Shown here: positions 21,628-28,845 of the stretch, piece after piece
How positions within the stretch are numbered: the stretch's first letter is position 1
Layout of the letters: the number at the start of each line of letters is the position of its first letter
Assembly: GCA_017631795.1 (NCBI GenBank)
Contig: JAGBSO010000052.1
Span: 6,132 to 70,131, forward strand
Reading direction: 5' to 3'
Length of the DNA stretch: 64,000 bases
From: Clostridia bacterium
Lineage (GTDB): Bacteria; Bacillota; Clostridia; Oscillospirales; Acutalibacteraceae
Notes under the pieces: model-generated
Told to the model about the DNA's origin: nothing
Database searches by the model: none
The model's input: only the letters and a program-made list of their open reading frames with translations
Made by a program: the position numbers and the translations under genes

Positions 21628-23646
21628 TTAATCTATAGCAAGATATCCGTCTCTTGCGCTTGCAGACGAGAATGGAATTTCATCAGGAGTATCGGGAAAA
21701 TAACCAACATAATCTGTAGGAATGTCCATGGTTATAACCAATTGATTGTTTCCCACAGTCATTATACCTCTGCCGTAATATCCACCACCGAGAAAATAGT
21801 GTACATATAAGCCAGTGCCATCCTCTTTATGTGTCAATTTTATATCTTGCCCATCGATTTTATCCAGATAAATAACTTTATCGTTGTATGTATAAATATG
21901 ATAATACGTAGGCTTAGATTCAAAGTTGAATTTTTTGTTGAAAGATTTATCAATTTCTTTGACAATAAGTTCTTTTACAGAATCCGAATTCAGATCAAAA
22001 AGATAATACTCTATGGTGTCATCACTGTCACAATACGGAACAGAAATGTATTCACCGTAATAATTCAGATATTTGTTTTTATAAATTTCCATCCAGGTTA
22101 AGTCTTCCGTCACATTTGGATCCATACCGACTAAAACAATTTTGCAGTTTTCAATTCTATTCAGCAATTCTGCTGTTTCCTTGTTCATTACCTTCATTTC
22201 TTCTGCATAACTTTTTTCAACAAATTCAGATTTTATCAGGTACTCTCTTGTTGTTAATGTCGACTTGAGTTGCAGAATCAAGGAGTTTTTTATTTCAAGA
22301 AGATGTTCATATTGCGAACCGGGATCAAATTGCATAAAATTGGCATTGTCTAAGTCTGCACCTGCGTCGCTCAGCAATTCGTTTGCAATTATCTGAATTA
22401 TCGAACACAGATATGCATTATATAATTGAGTTTTTTTGTCAATCATATTTGAAGTATAAGGAATTAACTTGTTGATAAAAATAGCACCTTTCCATGCTAA
22501 TGTGACAGGATTGCCAATACTTGCTGATCCTTCAAGCAAATCGTATGCAGTGCTTGTAACTGCTTTTTGTCCTGTCTCAAAACCATTGGTAAATGCATCT
22601 TTTGCTCGGTTGTTGACATTTTTTGCAGCATCTTGCAGTCTTGCCCATTCACCGCAAAGAAGATCAGAATTTTCCGGATGTCCCAAAATAGTTTTTTCCA
22701 GGAGTGTTCTCTGTGTTTCAGTAATTGCATCAAACTGTTTCATTGTTGCAAAAGCATTCATGTAATTAACAACAGTGTCTACAGTGATTGCAGATGCAGT
22801 TGAAAAATCATCAATAAATTCACCAAGACTTGCAGTTGCATCAGATTTATAGGTTTTGACTATGAATCCTGCTATATCTGCAGTAAGTCCTAACGCATCG
22901 TTTGCTAAATTCAGTGAATCAAGGCTTGCGTCATTTTCATCAAAGTATGATGAACCCTCGTTTGTTAATATTGAAATCAATGCATCTTCTAATGCTTCCC
23001 GTTCAATACCTTTTGCATCAAACATCATTCTGAAAATATTGGAATCTCTGTTAATTAACGCAACAACGCCTGCATTTACAAGTTTATCATCTAAATTTTC
23101 TCCTTCAGGGCATTCAACCTCATCCCACCAGAAGGCATTACCGTTGTTTTTTTCTTTGTATTCTCCTATAGCATCAAAGATGTTGTAATGTACAAATATT
23201 TTCAATTGAGTTTGAGCATCTTTTTCTAAGGAAACGCTGATACCCAGATATCTCAGAAAATGAAGTAATGAATAATATTTCGTATTTTTATATTCAATGA
23301 CAGGCATTGTAATCAAACGTTTGGATTTAGCATCTTCAGTATCTTCAGTCAGATTTTCAGTTGTATGATCAATTGTTATTTTTCTGATTCCGTAATTACA
23401 TGAAATAACTATGCTGTCTTCAGATTGTTTTTCAATTTTTCCGTTTGTAATGTCACATAAATCTTCTGCTTTTATATAAAAAGTGTTTTCGCTGTATATA
23501 CCGGAAATTCTTGTTTTGTTTGAAAGATTGCAATACATTGAAAGAGTTACTTCATTGAAAGTCTTTTGTGTTTCTGCATAAGATCCAAAAGCACAGGAGC
23601 AGAGTAAAATTAACACGAGAATTAAAGAAAGAAGCTTGTTATTCAT
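21628..23646 (-). CDS. Secreted hypothetical protein (672 aa)
   Basis: It has an N-terminal signal peptide (MNNKLLSLILVLILLCSCAFGSYA) and is AT-rich. I recognise no catalytic motif. Its ATGA start/stop overlap with the upstream lipoprotein gene indicates translational coupling. Confidence 0.6.
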   Translation of the reverse strand: MNNKLLSLILVLILLCSCAFGSYAETQKTFNEVTLSMYCNLSNKTRISGIYSENTFYIKAEDLCDITNGKIEKQSEDSIVISCNYGIRKITIDHTTENLTEDTEDAKSKRLITMPVIEYKNTKYYSLLHFLRYLGISVSLEKDAQTQLKIFVHYNIFDAIGEYKEKNNGNAFWWDEVECPEGENLDDKLVNAGVVALINRDSNIFRMMFDAKGIEREALEDALISILTNEGSSYFDENDASLDSLNLANDALGLTADIAGFIVKTYKSDATASLGEFIDDFSTASAITVDTVVNYMNAFATMKQFDAITETQRTLLEKTILGHPENSDLLCGEWARLQDAAKNVNNRAKDAFTNGFETGQKAVTSTAYDLLEGSASIGNPVTLAWKGAIFINKLIPYTSNMIDKKTQLYNAYLCSIIQIIANELLSDAGADLDNANFMQFDPGSQYEHLLEIKNSLILQLKSTLTTREYLIKSEFVEKSYAEEMKVMNKETAELLNRIENCKIVLVGMDPNVTEDLTWMEIYKNKYLNYYGEYISVPYCDSDDTIEYYLFDLNSDSVKELIVKEIDKSFNKKFNFESKPTYYHIYTYNDKVIYLDKIDGQDIKLTHKEDGTGLYVHYFLGGGYYGRGIMTVGNNQLVITMDIPTDYVGYFPDTPDEIPFSSASARDGYLAID

Positions 23647-24221
23647 TGATTTTCACCTCCGGTTAATTCTTCAACTGTATTTTTACCGAGATTTGCGTAA
23701 TACTCATAAAGATTTCCTGAAAGTATATTGGATAATTCATTGTTTGTTATAAGATACCAATGTTCATTTTTATATTCCATATTGCAGGTAACCGTTTTTT
23801 CTATTGGCTGATATTGGCTGTTAAGTTGTAATGAAAGTTCTTTTAATAAAGAGTCAGCATCGTTGATATTTTTATCTCTGACAATCTGACAAAGCATCTG
23901 GTAAATATCAGGTGCTTTGATTGTGATATCAACTGTGGCTTTTTCTTGGCTTATTTCTATATTATCAATCTGATATTCAATCAGTTCACCAATTCGTTTG
24001 CCGGTATCATTATCCATCAATACTTGGTATGATGTTTTATCATGAGAATTTATACCTGATATATAAGCCTCATCTGATTCATTTGTGCCTAACATAGATT
24101 TTAATGTTGCAGTCAGATCAGCATGAAGTTGATCTTTGTCTTGTTTTCCGCATCCTGACACGAAAAATATCATAATAAGTACAAGAAAAATACACACGGA
24201 TTTTTTTATTGCAGTTTTCAT
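23643..24221 (-). CDS. Hypothetical lipoprotein (192 aa)
   Basis: Signal peptide with a lipobox (FFVSGC). It is the first gene of a two-gene operon with the 672-aa protein. Confidence 0.6.
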   Translation of the reverse strand: MKTAIKKSVCIFLVLIMIFFVSGCGKQDKDQLHADLTATLKSMLGTNESDEAYISGINSHDKTSYQVLMDNDTGKRIGELIEYQIDNIEISQEKATVDITIKAPDIYQMLCQIVRDKNINDADSLLKELSLQLNSQYQPIEKTVTCNMEYKNEHWYLITNNELSNILSGNLYEYYANLGKNTVEELTGGENQ

Positions 24222-24254
24222 ATCTTTTCTCCTTAATGTTTTTTATAAACGACT

Positions 24255-25301
24255 TTACTCAATGCACCATTTCTGCTGCATGATGACTGCGGGTAAATCT
24301 TCACGGTCTTTTGAGTAAAACGCAGTCAGAAGTGAGCCGTCTGCAAGCTCGGTTGTGGACGGATACCCCAGGTCATCATCCGTATCACGGTTTTCGTATA
24401 TGATGAATTCATTGCTCCAGCTTTCACCGTTGTCACTGCTTAAAACAGCACGGATTCCGCAGGGGAAACTTCTTCTTGAAAATGCAGAAATCAGAATTCC
24501 CGATGAATGACGGAAAAGATGTGCAGGTGCACCGCTGTCGTCTCCGATTATCTGCAAAGGCTTGCTCCAGCTTCTGCCGTTGTCGTCGGAAACAGCCTGA
24601 TAAAGTGTAAAAATCCCTGCATTTTCATCTTCAATTCTGAAATGGCAGATTATCTTTCCGTCAGGCAGCTGAATCGCATTCGGTTCGTCAAGCATAAGTC
24701 CGTCTGTATCAAGGCTTGACAGAAAAGTAGTTTTTCCGCTTTCGGGGTCAATTGTGTGGACTTCGATTTTTTCATTTTCACCGTAAACAGTGCCTATCCA
24801 CATGATTGTGCCGTCATGAAGCACAATCGGACCGTGGGGAGAAGTCACACGGGACTTGAAAATTTCGCCGAAAGTCTCACCGTTATCGTGACTTATGCGG
24901 AAAGTGCATCCCAGAGCTTCTGATTCATCTTCTGCGGAAACGGAATCGATATAATCAAAACATTCTTTTGTCTGCGGCATATTTTCACGCTGAAAAGCAA
25001 GAGTGTTGTTGAATGAAGTGACAATCAGACCGCTTTCACCGAAAACAGTCAGCCCTGCATCCCTGTCATCAAGCACAGTGTCAATAACGGCTTTCGGCTG
25101 TGTGTAACTTTCGCCTTCATCATCGCTGAATGCAATAACAGCCTTTCCGAAAGGGCAGATATGCTCAATTCTGTAGCCTGATGCACCCACAGCAATGCGT
25201 CCGTTTCTGAGCCTTGCAATTGTCGGCCATCCGAAATACCTGTGAGCACCCTCGGGATCGGACATGATTGTTTTAACATTTCCGATAAGTCTGATGTTCA
25301 T
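24255..25301 (-). CDS. BNR/Asp-box repeat sialidase-like glycosidase (GH33-like fold)
   Basis: Four Asp-box motifs are present: SDDEGESYT, SHDNGETF, SDDNGRSWS and SSDNGESWS. There is no signal peptide. Confidence 0.75.
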   Translation of the reverse strand: MNIRLIGNVKTIMSDPEGAHRYFGWPTIARLRNGRIAVGASGYRIEHICPFGKAVIAFSDDEGESYTQPKAVIDTVLDDRDAGLTVFGESGLIVTSFNNTLAFQRENMPQTKECFDYIDSVSAEDESEALGCTFRISHDNGETFGEIFKSRVTSPHGPIVLHDGTIMWIGTVYGENEKIEVHTIDPESGKTTFLSSLDTDGLMLDEPNAIQLPDGKIICHFRIEDENAGIFTLYQAVSDDNGRSWSKPLQIIGDDSGAPAHLFRHSSGILISAFSRRSFPCGIRAVLSSDNGESWSNEFIIYENRDTDDDLGYPSTTELADGSLLTAFYSKDREDLPAVIMQQKWCIE

Positions 25302-25412
25302 TTTCAGTCACCACCGTAAAATATACTATAAAATATATTAGCATATGAAATGCCTTTTTTCAATAATAAGATGAAAACAAAAAGACTGAGCGGTTGCTCA
25401 GCCTTTTTTATC

Positions 25413-26372
25413 TTACCAGCTATGAATAATTTCAGGATTCTCAAAAACTTCGTCCATTTTTCTGATAAACGGCATGATGTCTGTCGCACCGCCGATTTTA
25501 TGGTCAAAAATCAACGTCAGCGGAAGCACCTTTTTTGTGCCGATATCAACTTTGCCGTCATCGTCCTTGAATGCGTATGTTTCATCTTTTACCCTGCCTG
25601 CTGCAAGCAGAAAAACGGACGGATACATCGGTGTTATATAAGTGACATTCACATCAAGACGGTCATACAAAGTGCCCCAGTTTGTGAAACAGACTGTGCC
25701 TTCCGTGAAGTCATCCGCACGAAGACCTTCGTATTTTTTCTTTTGTCCGCCTGAATGTTTTTTCTTTCTGAACAGCTTTGAGAATTTGGATATCTTGTTT
25801 TTGCCGAAATAAGCACTTATGAACTGTGCGAATGTGGTTGACACCTTTCTTTTTGCTACGTAGCCTGCCATTCTTTGTGCCGCAACGTCGAAATAGGCAT
25901 GGTCTGTGCCTGTTTTGCTTAAACGGTATTTCAGTTCTTCAAGCTGTGCCGAAATTTCAGCAAGATTTTTGTCTTCAAGATGCTGTGCCTTGACCTGAAT
26001 AGTCGTGCCGTCTTCTGTGCAGAAGGGTACTGTAACATTGATGTGCTTCTTGATTATAAGTCTTCCGCTTGTGGAATGATGATCGTATTCAATATGTGCG
26101 TTCAGTCGCGGAGCAATTTTCAGCCCTTCAACCAGCAATTTTATCATCAGTGTGTTGAACGGCAATGAGTAACCGCAGGACTTTTTCAGCTTTTCGTATT
26201 CCTGCCAGAAAGCTGTTATATCAGCATTGTATGTGCAACAGACAGAGGGAATCTCCCTTTGTGCATTCACAAGAGCATTGCTGAAAACGCGGCTTCGCAC
26301 ATCCATTATTTCTATGATATCTCCCTCTTCGGGAGCAAGTTTTGCACGGTTAATGTATTCTTTGAAACTCAT
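25413..26372 (-). CDS. Stand-alone 2-oxoacid-dehydrogenase/CAT-like acyltransferase catalytic-domain protein
   Basis: The C-terminal LTLIFDHKIGGATD resembles the DHRxxDG catalytic motif. No lipoyl domain is present. There is a lysine-rich internal insertion. Confidence 0.5.
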   Translation of the reverse strand: MSFKEYINRAKLAPEEGDIIEIMDVRSRVFSNALVNAQREIPSVCCTYNADITAFWQEYEKLKKSCGYSLPFNTLMIKLLVEGLKIAPRLNAHIEYDHHSTSGRLIIKKHINVTVPFCTEDGTTIQVKAQHLEDKNLAEISAQLEELKYRLSKTGTDHAYFDVAAQRMAGYVAKRKVSTTFAQFISAYFGKNKISKFSKLFRKKKHSGGQKKKYEGLRADDFTEGTVCFTNWGTLYDRLDVNVTYITPMYPSVFLLAAGRVKDETYAFKDDDGKVDIGTKKVLPLTLIFDHKIGGATDIMPFIRKMDEVFENPEIIHSW

Positions 26373-26481
26373 AACACCATCCCCTTACGTTTTCTATTAT
26401 ATAGATGAGTTTACTTACAGTCAAGCTGTTGCAACAAAAGTGTAAGTAATCAAAATCTGAATTGTACAAAGCTGAATCATA

Positions 26482-27168
26482 TTACACTTGTTTATTATTG
26501 CCGGTAAATCTGTAAAGCAGTCTGTCAATGCCCATAAATATAAAACCGACACCGACAAATACTGCACCGAGACCGAGTAACCATAAGCATACACCGCCTG
26601 CACCGTAGGTTTCAATATTGAGAAAAAAGTAAGGATAAATAAACGGTCCTGTACCGAAATAATTGAGCACGGATGAGTCAAATTTATAGATTGCCGCATG
26701 GATGAAAATAAAAATTCCGTAGCACAGAGGAAAGAGTACAGAAATCAGAGGGTAGCTGATTCTGACCTTTTTCTTTTCGTAGAAGAGCACCCAATCGGCT
26801 ATGTACATAAGCGGCAGAATTACATGAAAGGTTACACTGTTGATTTTAAAGTTGAGCGCAGGGTCACGGGTTGACTCCCATGCAATAACAAAATTGAAAA
26901 TTATGAATGTCAGCAGTATTGAAAGTACACCGATAAATTTGAGCAAAGGCAGGACGGTAACAAAACTGTCGTCCGTCTTTTTCGCTGTCTGCCAAAGCTC
27001 TGCAAACATAATCGCAATGCAGAAATAGTTGCTCAGATTTGTAAACTGAATATAAAAATCCCAACGCCATACCATATCGAAAAAGCCGAAGCTTGCGACA
27101 ATGCCTATAATGCCTATGGCACAGAAAGCTGACTGAAACATCAGTTGTAATGTTCTGTTTTTTGTCAT
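26482..27168 (-). CDS. Pr6Pr/FAR-17a-AIG1-like integral membrane protein
   Basis: I trimmed the ORF to the ATG at 27168, which has AAGGAGA 7 nt upstream. Six predicted TM helices are present, along with the FTNLSNYF motif. Confidence 0.55.
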   Translation of the reverse strand: MTKNRTLQLMFQSAFCAIGIIGIVASFGFFDMVWRWDFYIQFTNLSNYFCIAIMFAELWQTAKKTDDSFVTVLPLLKFIGVLSILLTFIIFNFVIAWESTRDPALNFKINSVTFHVILPLMYIADWVLFYEKKKVRISYPLISVLFPLCYGIFIFIHAAIYKFDSSVLNYFGTGPFIYPYFFLNIETYGAGGVCLWLLGLGAVFVGVGFIFMGIDRLLYRFTGNNKQV

Positions 27169-27323
27169 TTTACCGTCTCCTTGAATCTTTATCATATTTT
27201 TTAAATTATAGCATTTCCGGGGATTTTGTGCAAGATGTAAGATATCTTAATGGGATAAACATTATTACTTCCGGGGGATATTTTGATTTCAGCATAAAAA
27301 AAGACTGAGCGGTTGCTCAGCCT

Positions 27324-27341
27324 TGGTGCGGATGACGGGAC
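27324..27341 (-). pseudogene. Duplicated 3' fragment of tRNA-Leu (last 18 nt incl. CCA)
   Basis: TGGTGCGGATGACGGGAC is identical to 27474-27491. It sits within a ~65-bp direct repeat (27277-27341 versus 27421-27491) that also copies the terminator. Confidence 0.8.
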
Positions 27342-27443
27342 CTGACGGCTGTCGCTTCGCTTTGCCGTCACGGCAACAATTATGTTCGGCTTCGCCGAGA
27401 GTGGGTTCAAGTCCCTGTCTGATATTTTATTTTAATTTCAGCA

Positions 27444-27472
27444 TAAAAAAAAGACTGAGCTTTTGCTCAGTC
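27444..27472 (-). terminator. Rho-independent terminator of tRNA-Leu
   Basis: On the minus strand: GACTGAGC-AAAA-GCTCAGTC followed by T8. Confidence 0.8.
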
Positions 27473-27473
27473 C

Positions 27474-27561
27474 TGGTGCGGATGACGGGACTTGAACCCA
27501 CATGAACTTAGCGTTCACTAGAACCTGAATCTAGCGCGTCTGCCAATTCCGCCACATCCGC
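27474..27561 (-). tRNA. tRNA-Leu (anticodon CAG), type II, CCA encoded
   Basis: Hand-folded. The acceptor stem is GCGGATG/CATCCGC. The D arm is GCG-GAATTGGCAGA-CGC. The anticodon arm is CTAGA-TTCAGGT-TCTAG. The long variable arm is GAAC-GCTAA-GTTC. The T loop is TTCAAGT. Confidence 0.9.
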
Positions 27562-27710
27562 ATATTAACTTGATTACTTCACCAATCATGGTGAGCGCGT
27601 GACTCTTGCGGTGCCCAAAATTCTTTGCTCGCTGTTCGCGTCGCAGAATTTTGACCGCTGCGCCATCTCATTCTCCTTTCATCTCCCACCGGGAGCAGTC
27701 GAATTCGATG

Positions 27711-27732
27711 CTGCCAATTCCGCCACATCCGC
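27711..27732 (-). pseudogene. Duplicated 5' fragment of tRNA-Leu (first 22 nt) directly downstream of the promoter
   Basis: 33 bp (27711-27743) are identical to 27540-27572. This covers tRNA positions 1-22 plus 11 nt of upstream leader. Confidence 0.8.
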
Positions 27733-27763
27733 ATATTAACTTGTGTTACAAGAATGCCTAAAT

Positions 27764-27792
27764 ATAATACCATCAAACCGTGTTTTTGTCAA
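27764..27792 (-). promoter_or_regulatory. Sigma-70/SigA-type promoter driving the tRNA-Leu transcription unit
   Basis: On the minus strand: TTGACA, a 17-nt spacer, then TATTAT. Confidence 0.7.
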
Positions 27793-27876
27793 GTGTATAA
27801 ATGAAAAAATAGACCTTGTTTTGGTAAAAAAACTGTGGTAAAATTATTTTTATCAGAAGCGACAGGAGGCTTTTTT

Positions 27877-28785
27877 ATGATCAGACAATCAGCTTTTACA
27901 GGCGGAAAAAAGATGCTCAAAGGTGCTCTTCATTGCCACACAACCCGTTCAGACGGCAAGTGTACACCCGAAGAAACAATGCAGATTCATGCAGACAACG
28001 GTTATGATTTCCTTGCAATAACAGACCATCGTCAGTATAACTATAAAACATATTTACCCGAATCAGGCATTACAATCATTCCCGGAATGGAGATTGATGC
28101 CACATTTGACAGAGAAATCGGATTCCGTACATATCACACTGTCTGTCTCGGACCTGATAATGATACAAACGGTTTTGCTCAGGATGAAAAATTTGTCTGT
28201 GAAAATGTAAAGACACAGGAAGACTTTCAGAAATACCTTGATATAGTTCATTCAAAGAACAATCTTACATTCTATTGCCATCCCGAATGGAGTGGTACTC
28301 CTCCCAGATATTTTGACAAGCTTCAGGGCAACTTTGCAATGGAAATCTGGAATTCAGGCGGTGCGGATGAAAATTTCATGGATACAAACGCACTTTACTG
28401 GGACGATATGCTCGGCATGGGTCACAAACTCTGGGGCGTTGCGGTTGACGACGGTCATCAGGCACATCACCACGGTAAAGGCTGGGTTATGGTAAATGCA
28501 GACAATGACGTTGAGTCAATTCTCAAAGCTCTCAGCGACGGTGCTTTCTATTCTTCATGCGGTCCTGTTATCAAGGATTTTTATGTTGAAGACGGTAAGG
28601 TTTTCATTGATACAGAGGGCGAGTGTGAAAAAATCTGGTTCAGCGCAGATGCACATCCCAACAAGCAGTTTGAAAATACAGACCACGCAGAAGCAGATCT
28701 TAAAGACGATTATGTCTATGTAAGAGCTGTCGTTATGGATAAAGAAGGCAGAAGAGCCTGGACAAACCCCATATTCATAAAATAA
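27877..28785 (+). CDS. PHP-domain metallophosphoesterase (CehA/McbA-like)
   Basis: I trimmed the ORF to the ATG at 27877 (GGAGG 7 nt upstream). The motifs are ALHCHTTRSDG, AITDH and DDGH. Confidence 0.65.
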   Translation: MIRQSAFTGGKKMLKGALHCHTTRSDGKCTPEETMQIHADNGYDFLAITDHRQYNYKTYLPESGITIIPGMEIDATFDREIGFRTYHTVCLGPDNDTNGFAQDEKFVCENVKTQEDFQKYLDIVHSKNNLTFYCHPEWSGTPPRYFDKLQGNFAMEIWNSGGADENFMDTNALYWDDMLGMGHKLWGVAVDDGHQAHHHGKGWVMVNADNDVESILKALSDGAFYSSCGPVIKDFYVEDGKVFIDTEGECEKIWFSADAHPNKQFENTDHAEADLKDDYVYVRAVVMDKEGRRAWTNPIFIK

Positions 28786-28792
28786 AAAAGCA

Positions 28793-28832
28793 ATAAAAAA
28801 AGGCGGTACTTCGTTGGAAGTATCGCCTTTGT
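28793..28832. terminator. Bidirectional terminator between convergent genes
   Basis: AGGCGGTACTTC-GTTG-GAAGTATCGCCT hairpin flanked by an A-run and a T-rich run. Confidence 0.7.
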
Positions 28833-28845
28833 GTTTCTGGCTGAA

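Noticed and set aside
27573-27710. The spacer upstream of tRNA-Leu as a second tRNA, tmRNA, SRP RNA, 6S RNA or a group I intron.
   Set aside because: No acceptor-stem complement to the duplicated 5' fragment exists. No T-arm, tmRNA tag-reading-frame architecture or SRP domain IV motif is present. At 138 nt it is also too short for a group I intron.
27579-27776. 65-aa ORF on the minus strand covering the tRNA-Leu promoter, the tRNA 5' fragment and the spacer.
   Set aside because: It begins upstream of the predicted transcription start and reads through tRNA-derived sequence. There is no RBS. Only the much shorter 26-codon sORF has a plausible Shine-Dalgarno, and even that is speculative.
19232-27792. 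An integrated prophage, ICE or genomic island anchored at tRNA-Leu.
   Set aside because: No integrase, recombinase, phage structural, conjugation or toxin-antitoxin genes are present. Only small tRNA-fragment duplications and an AT-rich islet are seen. I report these as scars or an islet rather than as a mobile element.
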